The notes under the pieces were generated by a model. That model was not told the DNA's origin. It worked only from the letters and a program-made list of their open reading frames with translations, and ran no database searches. A stretch of DNA of 64,000 bases from an uncultured archaeon (GTDB taxonomy: Archaea; Thermoplasmatota; Penumbrarchaeia; JASLWR01), in NCBI GenBank assembly GCA_964423515.1, contig CAYRFL010000002.1, positions 14,657-78,656 of the forward strand, given 5' to 3'. A program made the translations under genes and the position numbers. Below, piece after piece: positions 15,881 to 26,719 of the stretch; position 1 is the stretch's first letter; the number at the start of each line of letters is the position of its first letter.

Positions 15881-18800
15881 CTACCTTTCTTCATCAGATT
15901 CACGTTCCATCCCCCTCTCAGCCGCTCTTCTCCTGCATCGCCACCGCAACAATGCAGCCAGGGCCGAAAGGATGACCGTGAGAAGGATTATCCAGGGCCA
16001 CGGACCTTCTGACCATGTGCGATCATCGACGTCCTCGGGCACAATGAACCGCATTCCCTCGAGGTACTCCTCCGTTCCATAGAAATTAAACCTGCCCGTA
16101 CTTCCGGTCAGATTGATATGCCAGCGGCCTCCGGTCAGATCGGATATGTCCAGAGGGGCCAGTTCCCAGCTCGACGATGTGGAGTTGAACGTAAGCTCCT
16201 CTGTGGAAATGACGCCATCCCGGCCCGTGAGCGCAGCTCGTACTTCCAAAGCGTCGGCCTGGGGATACTCGCTGGTAGAACCGATGGAGACATTGGCGAT
16301 GGCCAGGGTCCTTTCCATCTCTCCCCTTACCACGGTCTCCTCCATGAGAACATCTGCATCCCCCTCGAACCAGTAGATATGATCTATGGTGATCGATGAG
16401 TTGTGCAAATAATTTGCATAACTAATCCAGTTGCCTCCGAACGGAAACTCATAGATATAACGCATGCTCAGTGACAGCCGTATCTCACCCGAGGGGAAGT
16501 GCGACAGTTCCAGATCCACCCGATCCATGGTCCGATTCGAATTTGTCAGGGTTTGTGTAAATGAACTGCATACCCGAGTGCTCCCCATTTCCAGGAGCAC
16601 GGATACGTTGACATTCTCCAGGTATTCCGAATATCTGTTGAATGAATCCCATTTTGTTCCATCGGGAGAGCGTCCTTCTATTCCCGTTAGGGATAACACC
16701 TGTTCCATTCCGCCGCTGTAGAGAACATCGTTCACGGATATCTCGGGTGACGGGGGGCCGGTTATCTCGAGCGGGGTCAATTCCCCTTCTATCAGGTGAG
16801 AATCGAAAATGGTATGAACCCTGAAGGAGAACCCGTAGAGACCCGGCCTGACGCCGCCGAGGTCGATCTCGCAACGATATCGTCTGGACAGGTTGATAAT
16901 ATCCTCATTGGACGTTGCGTCAGCGTTATCCCCGGCGCCGATCCCCGCGGGCTCCAATGGAACGTTGTCCAATACGATGAGGGGGAGAGAGGAATTTTCG
17001 GGATGGAGCAGAAGACCACATCCGGTTCCGGGCTCCTGGCTCATGTTCAGCCACTGCGCGTAGGAGGATGTCATCATCAGTTTCTCGAAGATCAGGGTTA
17101 GGTCGTCCAGGAGAACGTGGTCGGACCCGTAAAGACGCGTTATGTGATCCACCGAGAACAGCGATCCCTCAGATGCCGGGGAGGAAAGATTCTGGGACCC
17201 GTAGCGAAAGTCGATCCTTACGTTGTGATCTCCCTCCGGGAGCGATGAGACGTTGATGCCGTGAGACCGCCACGCGTTTCCCGTGTCGTCGAATTCCAGA
17301 GCGCCCGAGAGCCCGGGTGTTTCGTTATCCGTCCCTGTCAGGGTATATCGGACGTCCGTTACGTTTTCGGGGTTGAGAAGGCCGGGTTCATCGCCGTTGG
17401 TGCCGATGGTGACATTCTCGATGTTAAGAAGCTGATGGAAACCGCCAGTATAATCGACGCTTATGCTGTGAACTCCCGCATGGTCCAGGACCTCGATCTC
17501 TCTTGTCTCCGAGCGGAATATCTCCGGGGAGCCGTCAACTCGGGCCTCCGCTCCGACGTACAGGGTTCCGGGTGTATCGGGTATCTCGAGCGTGGTCCGA
17601 AAAACGGTCTTCGCTCCTGTGAACGGACCAAGGCTAAGAAGGGTATCTGTCCACGGGTCCGGCGACCGGGAGACACGAAGATAAGCGGCATCCACAGTGT
17701 CGGCCCCGCCGACGGTCCACTCGATATCCACGGGGCTCCCCCTCACGGCCATATCCGGCGAAACGGTTATCTCCGCGTACGGCCTGGTCTTCACGTACAA
17801 TGTATCGGAACTGAAAACCGTACCGCTCTCGTTCTCCGCAACGGCCTGGAAACGGAAGGTCCCCCACTTGTCGGGCAGCTCTATCACGGCCCCATACGTT
17901 CCTTCCTCCTTTATCGTTCCCGGGACCATACTGTCGGGTCCGGCGTCGGGTTCCTCCTCCCCCCATCGAAGATAAGAATGGTTCAATTCCCCGGGAACGT
18001 TCACCCTCCATTGGAGAACGAGCTCATCCCCCTTCTCCGCATGTGAAGGCAGGGACGACATCTCCACGGTACCGTTGACCACCAGGAGACGGGAGATCAG
18101 GGTGACGTTCCTTTGGCAAATGAGGCGATTGCCGCCGTTCTCGATGACGGTCCCGTCCTCCGTTCTCATCCTGACATAGAGGCTCTGGGGAATAACGGCC
18201 GGTTCGGGATTGTCCTGCTGAGACAGATGTCCATCCGGAATGACCCGGATCTCGACATCGTACGAACCCGACACTTCGGGAGCGGAAAACCTTCCGGTGA
18301 ATCTCTTGAGGCTGAGAGGATTGCCGCCCTCCTCCATCCCCTCCCATGAGCTCGCTACCGGGGAGTCGTTCAGGCTCCAGGCGATGCTCTCTGAGGTCGA
18401 GAGCTTATCCCTCAGGACCACCTGGCAGGAGTCCACGTTCTCGCAGCCACCCACGGTCCATTCCATCCCTATCTCAGTGCCAGGATCGGCGTATAGGGTA
18501 TCCTCATCTGTTTCTTCCATGTGGATATAAGGGGAAACGGTATCGATCATGTAGAGGGCCATGCGTATGTTCTTTGGTATGTATCCGTCTCCTGCGCCGC
18601 CGGGAACGTATATCTCCTCGTCCGTACCCAGCCTGTCCGCCGCCGGACGATCCTCACCGGATATCTCCACGGTATATGCCAGGGACCTGCACCCTTCCGT
18701 GGGCCAGCCCGGGGAGACGTGATCGAGGTCCCACGATGCGGCATACGCATAATCGGAGAAGGCCCCCCTGGCGTGGTATATCACCTGATTGTTCCTTCCC

Positions 18801-19684
18801 GTCCTGTAATGCCCTCTGAAGTCTCCGGCGTATGTTCTCATCCCCCATCCCTGGCTGGCGAAGGCCGCATCGTCGGGAGACTCGTCGGATTCCGTGTTGT
18901 GGACGGAACAGCCCCAGGCGTACCCGATGGCCTCGACCCCCGAGTGCCAGTTCACCGATGAGATGAAAAGGTGTTCCTTCATCAGTTCGTGCACCGCTCT
19001 AGCTCCAACAGTTGTGAAGGGCTGCCCTTCCTGGTCATAGGAGAAATCCCGGTTCAGGTCCTCTCCGTTGCCGTCGGTTCGGGTCCCGTGCTCCAGTCCG
19101 TAGGGATTCAGGCTCGGCAGGATGTATATCTCCCTTGAATCCACGAGAAATCTCACGTACTCGTCATGGGAATAGCTCTCGACCAGAAATCGGGCCAGGC
19201 CCATGGCCGCTGTGACCGAGATGGTCTCATCTCCGTGAATTCCCCCCAGAAAGAGTATCTCCGGCCTCTCCGGGGTAAGCGTGCTCTCGTTGGTTATTCG
19301 CAGGATGTGGACCTCATAGCCTTCCGCGCAATCCGGGATGCCGTACTCTTCCTGAGCGGTGGTGATCTCAACGATGGAAGGATGCTCGTCATTCATACTC
19401 TCGAGACCGTCCACCACGGATTGATAATCGTAATAATCGTACCCTACGGCCCCGTCCCTGGTGTTCCTGTTGGGGGAATCTATCGTTCCATTCTTCTCAT
19501 GTGATGACGGGAACAAAGTGACCGTCTTCGAAAGTAAATACGTGCCAGAATGGGACGGATTTACACGTCCATCCGGAATATAATCACTCGCCGGGGCCAG
19601 GATTATAGTGGAAAGGAGAAGTACCGCTGTGACCAACAGCGATATGGCACATAACCGGCGGCGGAGCATAAGAATATGGTTCAT
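15881..19684 (-). CDS. Membrane-anchored M14 zinc carboxypeptidase with C-terminal beta-rich domains
   Basis: GGIHGDE (HxxE), DLNRDF, NWHS and TVEIS catalytic motifs; signal peptide; C-terminal TM followed by a basic patch. Confidence 0.88.
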   Translation of the reverse strand: MNHILMLRRRLCAISLLVTAVLLLSTIILAPASDYIPDGRVNPSHSGTYLLSKTVTLFPSSHEKNGTIDSPNRNTRDGAVGYDYYDYQSVVDGLESMNDEHPSIVEITTAQEEYGIPDCAEGYEVHILRITNESTLTPERPEILFLGGIHGDETISVTAAMGLARFLVESYSHDEYVRFLVDSREIYILPSLNPYGLEHGTRTDGNGEDLNRDFSYDQEGQPFTTVGARAVHELMKEHLFISSVNWHSGVEAIGYAWGCSVHNTESDESPDDAAFASQGWGMRTYAGDFRGHYRTGRNNQVIYHARGAFSDYAYAASWDLDHVSPGWPTEGCRSLAYTVEISGEDRPAADRLGTDEEIYVPGGAGDGYIPKNIRMALYMIDTVSPYIHMEETDEDTLYADPGTEIGMEWTVGGCENVDSCQVVLRDKLSTSESIAWSLNDSPVASSWEGMEEGGNPLSLKRFTGRFSAPEVSGSYDVEIRVIPDGHLSQQDNPEPAVIPQSLYVRMRTEDGTVIENGGNRLICQRNVTLISRLLVVNGTVEMSSLPSHAEKGDELVLQWRVNVPGELNHSYLRWGEEEPDAGPDSMVPGTIKEEGTYGAVIELPDKWGTFRFQAVAENESGTVFSSDTLYVKTRPYAEITVSPDMAVRGSPVDIEWTVGGADTVDAAYLRVSRSPDPWTDTLLSLGPFTGAKTVFRTTLEIPDTPGTLYVGAEARVDGSPEIFRSETREIEVLDHAGVHSISVDYTGGFHQLLNIENVTIGTNGDEPGLLNPENVTDVRYTLTGTDNETPGLSGALEFDDTGNAWRSHGINVSSLPEGDHNVRIDFRYGSQNLSSPASEGSLFSVDHITRLYGSDHVLLDDLTLIFEKLMMTSSYAQWLNMSQEPGTGCGLLLHPENSSLPLIVLDNVPLEPAGIGAGDNADATSNEDIINLSRRYRCEIDLGGVRPGLYGFSFRVHTIFDSHLIEGELTPLEITGPPSPEISVNDVLYSGGMEQVLSLTGIEGRSPDGTKWDSFNRYSEYLENVNVSVLLEMGSTRVCSSFTQTLTNSNRTMDRVDLELSHFPSGEIRLSLSMRYIYEFPFGGNWISYANYLHNSSITIDHIYWFEGDADVLMEETVVRGEMERTLAIANVSIGSTSEYPQADALEVRAALTGRDGVISTEELTFNSTSSSWELAPLDISDLTGGRWHINLTGSTGRFNFYGTEEYLEGMRFIVPEDVDDRTWSEGPWPWIILLTVILSALAALLRWRCRRRAAERGMERESDEER

Positions 19685-19782
19685 AGCGGCATAATTATCG
19701 ACCTGGATGTATTTATTTATAACCCCTCGTTGTTCTCCGACCCTTCGGTGTCCGGAATCCGTCTTCCCGGTTTCGACAGGGT

Positions 19783-22700
19783 CTATGCTTCCTTCGCCCT
19801 TCTCACCTTCTTGACCCTTCTCACAACCCTGGCCGGTGGAGAAACCTCGTTGGGGGCCTCCGTCACCCCTTCTTCCGACGCGGACGCCACGGGGGCCGCC
19901 GATATCGCCTCGTCGCCTGCGATGGGTGCAGGTTCGGTCACTTCCGCTTCCATCTCCGGCAGCGGTTCCAGCGAGGGAAGCGACGATATAACTATTTCCC
20001 GGGCCATGGGAGGCTGTACGGGAGGCGCAATCATATCTGTGTTGGCATCGTCCCTCCCCAAAGAGGGGTAATCATATACCATAGGTCCCTGCCCCGTTTC
20101 TCCGGGTGCGGACCTTCCGAGATCGTCTTCACCCGCGAGGTCATCGACATCTCCCTTTCCCTTCTTTCTCCTGATGATAATGATCACGACCACGGTTCCT
20201 ATTATCAGTAGCAGCACTGTGCCGGAAATGGCCAGGATGTTCCCGACGGCACCCTCGGGCCCCAGGAGCCCCTCCTCGTCGTTTTCCCTTTCACCCTCCT
20301 CGATGGAGATCCTTCCGCGCTCATCGATCTCCGTCCCTTCATCATCGATTATCGTGAGAGTCACCTGATAATCTCCCGGTTTCGAATAGGTATGTTGGGC
20401 CACGATCCCCAATCCCTTTTCTCCGTCACCGAAGTTCCATTCGAAGGTCGCTTCCTCGTCGGAAGCCACAAGGATGCTGGCGGATGCATTGAAGGTGATC
20501 ATCGTTCCTGTCTTCGGCCTTTGGGGCTGGAAGGAGAATACGGCAACGGGCTCGACGTCCCCGACGTCGATGTTCCTGCTCACCGAGACGGTGGACATAT
20601 CGTCGTCCCGTACATCCAGGGTCACCCTGTTTCGGCCCACGTCCGCAAGGGTGACGTTCACGACCTTTCCGTAGAGTTTTTCACCTCCGGGTAACTTCCA
20701 CGTGAAATTCAGCGAAGGGGCATCGGACGGGGTATCCGAGGACGCAGAGGCATCCAGGGTCACCTGCTGGCCTTCGTACACGTACCGCCCCTCCTTCAGT
20801 ACCTTGAAGTCTGCCCTGGGCTGCACGTTGAACACCTCCACCCTCACGTCGTGGTAGGCGGTATCGCCATCGTCGTCCCGGATCCAGCCTCTGATAACGT
20901 GCTCGCCGGAGGTGTTGAACGAATGGCTGTGAGATGTTTCCGATGACCAGTTGCTCAGGGTCCCGTCACCGAAATCCAGCCGGTACTCGAGGTAGGCAAG
21001 ATCGGAATCGGTATCATCGCCGTACATCTCGAAGGCGACGGAGAGGTCCTCATCGGCAACGGAAATGTCGGATACCAGCGTTATCTCCGGGGCAACGTTT
21101 CGCACCCATACCGTAACGTTGGCAGCTCCCTTGCCGCCGTCCTCGTCCAGCACGTTGAGTACCGCCGAATAGTTACCGCTTCTCTCGTATGTATGCATGG
21201 CATCCCCCATAATGCCGGGAAGTGAGTGGTTCCCGTCCCCGAAATCCCAGAAATACGAAAGGCCCGACGTGTCGTTCACCGTATCCTCACCCGAACCCGA
21301 GAACTCGATCGGCTCGTCCTCGTAACCCTCCAGATGGCGGGGTACTGTTGCCTCGGGAGGAACGTTGAGGACGGTCAAAGTGAGCTCATCGGCGGATACA
21401 GCACCGTCGTCATCCCTGACCTCCAATCGGATCGTGTAGTTCCCCATGAGCGGATACACGTGATTCGTGCGGTTGCTGTTGCTCCAATCCACGCTCTCTC
21501 CGTCCCCGAGGTCCCACCTGTACTCGAGACCCCGCCCCATATCCGAAGGAGTATCGTAGCTACCGCCGGCATCGAAGATGACCACGGAATCCTCGGCAGC
21601 GGCAATATCATTGCCGACCACGGCCACCGGAGCTCTGTTCATTATCGTGAGGTTCACTGTTCCGCTGATCCCCGTATGATCTTCTTCATTGAATATGCGG
21701 TATGATATGTTATAGTCGCCGTTATCCACGAATGAGAACGGAGGGCTCACCACTTCCCGGCCTCCCGGGGGGATAGTTTCCTGCTCGAATATCCCGTCAT
21801 GATCAAGGTCCCATTCCACCCGATGGTCGGGCGATAGGGGCTCCGATACCGTAATGGTCAATCCTATCACGTCGTCCTCAAGCAGCTCGCTCGGACTGGT
21901 GACAACGGATTCGATGTAGATGCTCTCGGACTGTGTGATATGTAATCTCCGGTCTGCTTCCACGTGGAACAGCTCGGTCCTGGTCCGATCGGGCCATCTT
22001 ATCTCTATCCGGTCTGCGGAATCCGCACCTTCCAGGCCGAAATGGACCACGGGGGAGTTCTGGAATCCGTGACCGCCGCTATCGCCGCCGATGATTCTTG
22101 ACATGAAGGTTCCATTCGACTCGAGTATCACCCTGGCCCCGATGGCCATTCGATTTGCATCGGTCCCCTCGAGCTCCAGCTGCAGCCAGTGGTTGGAATT
22201 CCCGTCGTTCCTGAAAAGATGCAGCTCCCTTGCCCCCTTGAACGGGTAGGTGCCTTCCGTAATGAGGTCCAGATCGCCGTCGTTATCGTAATCGCCCCAG
22301 GCAGCACCGGTATTGGACCATACGCGTATCCCCAGCGTCTCGGCCTGGTCGGTGAAGGTCCGGTCGCCGTCGTTGCGCCACAGGTAGCACCAATCCCAGA
22401 AGGAGTAGGTCTTCACCTGGGGTATCCAAAGGTCCAGGTCGCCGTCGTTATCGTAATCTCCCCATGCGCATCCGAAATAATCCTCGTCCTTCCAGTAGCC
22501 CTGACCCTCGTTATCGTATATGATGGTTCCCGAGGGTGTGACGGGGATTCCCACTTCGCTCCTGATGTCCTGGAAATGGTAATCGGGCCACCCTGATGAA
22601 TCCAGAAGCTGGGCGTCGTCGCAGAACGCTCCCCGGTTCATCCCCGACCGTTCGTCATCCTTGTGTGCCAGATTGCTCACCCAGAGGTCCATGTCGAGAT

Positions 22701-23691
22701 CGTTGTCGAAGTCACCCCATGCGCATCCCGCACTGTGCCCGTAATAGGGCCCCGAGCCCTGGTAATAGTCCGCATCGCCGTCGACATCGGCCCATTCCGG
22801 TCCGGCCTTGTCGACAAAGGTGCCGTCCCCCTGGTTCTCCCACAGGTAATTCGGGCAGAGATGATAGTTTCCGACGTAGATGTCCTGCCACCCGTCGTCG
22901 TTGTAATCGCATACAGCTATGGACATTGCGGCATGGGCGGGATTGTCCCGGAATACCCCGGCTGCCACGGTTGCATCGGTGAAGGTTCCATCGCCCTCGT
23001 TGTGCCACAGATGGTCCACACCGCCCCAATTCGGCCAATTGTAATCCTGCCAATCCTCCTTCTGCCAGGCCGTGCAGAAAATATCCAGGAAACCGTCGTT
23101 ATCATAGTCCACCCAGGCAGCGGCTTCCGATGGGCAGTTGTCCTTGAAGTACATCTCCTCCGAGGTGGCGTTGGAGAATCGGTAATCCGGGGGCCCCTCG
23201 TTGTGCCACAGGGAATCCTCCCTTGCGGCGCAGAAGAAATCGAGGTTTCCGTCGTTATCATAATCCCCCCAAATGCCGTAACCCCTGCAATCGATGCCCT
23301 TGCTCTGTGTAACGTCGATGAAATCGAAATTCGGGGCCCCCCTGTTCTCGAACAGCAGGGTTCCCGATGTTGTATTGCCTCGAACCAGAAGGTCTATAAA
23401 GCCGTCATTGTTGTAATCCCCCCAGGCAAGATTGTCCCCAATTATGCCCGCAAGGCCGACCTCTGGCGAAACGTTGGTGAAAGAAACCTGTTCGTTATCT
23501 CGAGAGCGGGTAATTTCTCCCATGGAGCTCCCATCGCCGGACATTGGTTTCCCGGATTGATCGTCCTTCATGGGAACATCAGTGGGAACGATGACGGATC
23601 GATTAGCGTTTGCGAGGTAAAAAGGGGTCAGGATGAGTAACGAGGATGCGATCATAACCGCAAGAAGAACCAGGTTGTTCCTTTCTCTCAT
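19783..23691 (-). CDS. FG-GAP/ASPIC-UnbV (CRTAC1-like) protein with multiple PKD domains and TM anchor
   Basis: Repeated WGDYDNDGxLD; NHWLQLELEG...NRMAIGARV...VHFGL...IEIRWP; several WDFGDG PKD motifs. Start 23691 or 23733. Confidence 0.9.
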   Translation of the reverse strand: MRERNNLVLLAVMIASSLLILTPFYLANANRSVIVPTDVPMKDDQSGKPMSGDGSSMGEITRSRDNEQVSFTNVSPEVGLAGIIGDNLAWGDYNNDGFIDLLVRGNTTSGTLLFENRGAPNFDFIDVTQSKGIDCRGYGIWGDYDNDGNLDFFCAAREDSLWHNEGPPDYRFSNATSEEMYFKDNCPSEAAAWVDYDNDGFLDIFCTAWQKEDWQDYNWPNWGGVDHLWHNEGDGTFTDATVAAGVFRDNPAHAAMSIAVCDYNDDGWQDIYVGNYHLCPNYLWENQGDGTFVDKAGPEWADVDGDADYYQGSGPYYGHSAGCAWGDFDNDLDMDLWVSNLAHKDDERSGMNRGAFCDDAQLLDSSGWPDYHFQDIRSEVGIPVTPSGTIIYDNEGQGYWKDEDYFGCAWGDYDNDGDLDLWIPQVKTYSFWDWCYLWRNDGDRTFTDQAETLGIRVWSNTGAAWGDYDNDGDLDLITEGTYPFKGARELHLFRNDGNSNHWLQLELEGTDANRMAIGARVILESNGTFMSRIIGGDSGGHGFQNSPVVHFGLEGADSADRIEIRWPDRTRTELFHVEADRRLHITQSESIYIESVVTSPSELLEDDVIGLTITVSEPLSPDHRVEWDLDHDGIFEQETIPPGGREVVSPPFSFVDNGDYNISYRIFNEEDHTGISGTVNLTIMNRAPVAVVGNDIAAAEDSVVIFDAGGSYDTPSDMGRGLEYRWDLGDGESVDWSNSNRTNHVYPLMGNYTIRLEVRDDDGAVSADELTLTVLNVPPEATVPRHLEGYEDEPIEFSGSGEDTVNDTSGLSYFWDFGDGNHSLPGIMGDAMHTYERSGNYSAVLNVLDEDGGKGAANVTVWVRNVAPEITLVSDISVADEDLSVAFEMYGDDTDSDLAYLEYRLDFGDGTLSNWSSETSHSHSFNTSGEHVIRGWIRDDDGDTAYHDVRVEVFNVQPRADFKVLKEGRYVYEGQQVTLDASASSDTPSDAPSLNFTWKLPGGEKLYGKVVNVTLADVGRNRVTLDVRDDDMSTVSVSRNIDVGDVEPVAVFSFQPQRPKTGTMITFNASASILVASDEEATFEWNFGDGEKGLGIVAQHTYSKPGDYQVTLTIIDDEGTEIDERGRISIEEGERENDEEGLLGPEGAVGNILAISGTVLLLIIGTVVVIIIIRRKKGKGDVDDLAGEDDLGRSAPGETGQGPMVYDYPSLGRDDANTDMIAPPVQPPMAREIVISSLPSLEPLPEMEAEVTEPAPIAGDEAISAAPVASASEEGVTEAPNEVSPPARVVRRVKKVRRAKEA

Positions 23692-23841
23692 GGAAAACAC
23701 CAGGCTTGAATTGGTGCGGTGGTACAAAAACATTATCCAAAGAAAGATACGGACTGATTAAAAGGGCAGAGAAAAAGGATACAGGAAAAAAGGAAAAAAA
23801 TAAAAAAAAAAGGAAAAATGGTGATGTCCGGTAAGAGACAC

Positions 23842-24414
23842 CTACCATGGGGCTTGGTATTTGAAAGATTCTCTGGCAACTATGTCGTTATTGGGGCTTT
23901 TTATTGTAACCTCGTAGTTATTCCCACTAACGATGCTTATACCAGTCCCCTCCAGAGGCATATCGAAGGCGAGATATTCTCCGTCATTCCACCTCTCGCG
24001 ATCCTCCTCCACGGGCATATCGGGCCATCGACCCGCCTTGATGGCGCTGTCATATCGATAGGATGCGTTCCTGTCGCCTCCCTCGGGCCTCTTCATTGCG
24101 TCCTGGGAGTAGTCCCTGAACTTGGAGTCCAGTTTTACGGGGGATCGTCCCTCTTCCGCTACCCAGAAAGTATGGGTCTTCGGGTTGATGTCCACGCCCT
24201 TCTCGGCTCGTATCCGGAAGAAGCATCCCACGTTGGCGTCCTCGTTGGTTCCATCCTCGACCGTGAACTTCATGATACTGACATCTCCTTCAGTATCGGC
24301 CAGGGATATAACCCACATATACAGCACCCCAGCGAGTACCACCGTGATTGCCACCATCAGGATGATGGCGATGACGGGAGATACCGCCTCGTCGTTGTTT
24401 TTCATTCGCTTCAT
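23842..24414 (-). CDS. Archaeal type IV pilin (class III signal peptide, DUF1628-like N-terminus)
   Basis: MKRMKNNDEA|VSPVIAIILMVAITVVLAGVLYMWV; GGAGG RBS. Confidence 0.9.
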   Translation of the reverse strand: MKRMKNNDEAVSPVIAIILMVAITVVLAGVLYMWVISLADTEGDVSIMKFTVEDGTNEDANVGCFFRIRAEKGVDINPKTHTFWVAEEGRSPVKLDSKFRDYSQDAMKRPEGGDRNASYRYDSAIKAGRWPDMPVEEDRERWNDGEYLAFDMPLEGTGISIVSGNNYEVTIKSPNNDIVARESFKYQAPW

Positions 24415-24467
24415 GTTTTTGTCCTCCTGTACACACTGTGTACGAACATCTCATATTAGTTGAGTTC

Positions 24468-24484
24468 TATATAAACCTTTTTCA
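24468..24484 (-). promoter_or_regulatory. BRE plus TATA box upstream of the pilin gene
   Basis: Reverse strand GAAAAAGG-TTTATATA about 55 nt upstream of the ATG. Confidence 0.6.
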
Positions 24485-24750
24485 GAAAGTTGCCCATGGG
24501 GAAGCAAGTCCAAGTATAATGGACACATACACATTGTATGAGATACTTAGAAATGTAAAATTTTCGGACCGAAGGCCGCCCCGATGAAGGCGGCAATGGG
24601 ATAATGCGCCTCAACATTGAAGGTAGAAGTATTCCCGGATCATTCTTCTTGATAGAATTCAACGGAATCGTACCACTCAAAGGAACCTTTGGTTTCTCAC
24701 CTAATGGGCCAAAATATTTATTATCTCATTATAACAATAAGGCAGCTGAT

Positions 24751-26673
24751 ATGAGGTATAGGTTCTTCACATCCGTGGTCGCCGCAATTCTGCTCGGGGT
24801 AAATCTGGTACCCGTCCTGGCCGCAGGTTTCCCAGTTGTCGATGATTCCATGTCCGATCCCGGGATCCACGGGGCCGGGCAATCCTTGTCCGAGTTCGAG
24901 GGGGACGATCAAGAGAACAAGTCCACACCTTTCTCCGCCTTCGATCCCCGGTTCCAGGAGTATCATACGTACGAGAGCATGGTCGAGGAGCTTCGATCTC
25001 TCGAAGGATTCTTTCCCGACATCATCCGTCTCTACGATCTGACCGAGAAGAGCAAATTGGGCCGTACCTACGGCGGCAGGGCTGTCTGGGCGGCAAAGGT
25101 CACCAAGGGAGTTGACAGGGAAACGGAATATCACGATGATCCGGACAGGCCCAACATACTCCTGATCGGAGCTCATCACGGCCGGGAATGGATGAGTTAC
25201 GAGGTCTGCCTCTATACCCTCTATTATCTCGCCTATAATTACGGGAGGGAAAATACTGACGACGACGGCGACGGTCTCATCAACGAGGACGTCCTCGATG
25301 GTGTGGACAACGATAATGACGGAAGAATCGACGAGGACCCATCGGAGGGGAGGGTGAACTTCCTTCTGGATAATCGCGAGATATGGATCGTCCCCATGTT
25401 GAACCCGGATGGAGTGGCATACGATCATACCATTTCCGAGCCAGGTCGTGGGGGTGGATGGAGGAAGAATATAAGGGATAACAACCGGAACGACCAATTC
25501 GACCCGGATTCCGACGGAGTGGACCTCAATCGGAACTATCCTTTCATGTGGTGGGCGAACAGCAAAGGCGTGGTCAACCGTGACGGAGTGTTGGTGACAC
25601 AGGATTCGACATTGCCTACCTCCGACCTGTACCGGGGTCCCCTGGACCTAACCAATCAGGACGGTGATTTCGGTCCGGTGGGGATAGTACCGAAGATAGA
25701 TGAGGATCCGGTCGACGGCCTGGACAACGACGGTGATGACAGATTCGACGAGGACAGGGACGGGGGTTTCTCGGAGCCGGAGACCCAGGCGATCCGATCG
25801 CTCGTGAAAACCTACGATGACCAACCCGATACGGGAAATATGCCCTTCTCCACATCCCTTTCCTATCACAGTACCGGAAGCCTCGTTCTCTGGCCCTGGG
25901 GGTATTCACGGAACGATGCCCCGCATACCCCGCTCTTCGAGGAAGTGGGTGGCAGAATGGCCGAAATGACGGGGTACGAGGGAAGGAGGGCGGTGGACCT
26001 CTACCCGACATCGGGTGACAGCGAGGACTGGTTGTACGGAACCGGAAACGTGCTTGCCTTCACCATCGAACTGGAGGGTCCCGACGGAGGTTTCCATCCC
26101 AAGACGGAGCACATCATACCAATTTGCAGGAAGGTCCTGGGCCCCAATCTGTACCTTGCCAGTGAAGCCGACAAGATGGACGTGGCCAAGCAGTACTATC
26201 TCAACATGGAACAGTCTGTGTTGGGCCTTGAGATCGTTGAGCCGGAGACGGTTATCGGTGCCGATGAGGCCTACACCGTGAAGGTGGCGGTCAGGCATCC
26301 CGAGAAGATGATCCCCACGACCCTTACACTCCATTACAGCTATGATGGTGAGTATTATCATCACATGCCCATGGAAGTCGATCTCTCCTCGGGTTATTAC
26401 ACGGCAACGCTCAGGGAGATCGCTCCCGATTCGGTCCTTCGGTATTACGTGAGCGCCAGGGACGTCGGCGGGATATCCGTGAGGGCGCCCGAATACGGCA
26501 GTTACGATCCCATGATATTGACGGTGCGGAAAGAAAGGGGATTATCCTCCCTTGAAAGCGTCATCATGGTCATGATGATGATGATAATCCTGACCATCGT
26601 GTGGGGCGGTTTCATCGGCCTCATCATGAAGGCGTACCGGATCGAGAGGGTCAAGGGTGCTTCACAGGGTTAG
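24751..26673 (+). CDS. M14 carboxypeptidase (carboxypeptidase T-like) with DxDxDG inserts and C-terminal TM
   Basis: GAHHGREW, WRKN, GVDLNRNY, FSEPETQA, SYHS, PWGY, FTIEL; signal peptide from ATG 24751. Confidence 0.9.
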   Translation: MRYRFFTSVVAAILLGVNLVPVLAAGFPVVDDSMSDPGIHGAGQSLSEFEGDDQENKSTPFSAFDPRFQEYHTYESMVEELRSLEGFFPDIIRLYDLTEKSKLGRTYGGRAVWAAKVTKGVDRETEYHDDPDRPNILLIGAHHGREWMSYEVCLYTLYYLAYNYGRENTDDDGDGLINEDVLDGVDNDNDGRIDEDPSEGRVNFLLDNREIWIVPMLNPDGVAYDHTISEPGRGGGWRKNIRDNNRNDQFDPDSDGVDLNRNYPFMWWANSKGVVNRDGVLVTQDSTLPTSDLYRGPLDLTNQDGDFGPVGIVPKIDEDPVDGLDNDGDDRFDEDRDGGFSEPETQAIRSLVKTYDDQPDTGNMPFSTSLSYHSTGSLVLWPWGYSRNDAPHTPLFEEVGGRMAEMTGYEGRRAVDLYPTSGDSEDWLYGTGNVLAFTIELEGPDGGFHPKTEHIIPICRKVLGPNLYLASEADKMDVAKQYYLNMEQSVLGLEIVEPETVIGADEAYTVKVAVRHPEKMIPTTLTLHYSYDGEYYHHMPMEVDLSSGYYTATLREIAPDSVLRYYVSARDVGGISVRAPEYGSYDPMILTVRKERGLSSLESVIMVMMMMIILTIVWGGFIGLIMKAYRIERVKGASQG

Positions 26674-26719
26674 ATGGTAACTGTAAATTGACGAGAATGA
26701 TCATTCAAGGAGACGGTGT

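Noticed and set aside
23762-23818. A-rich low-complexity tract
   Set aside because: Explained as the oligo-T terminator region of the minus-strand pilin gene.
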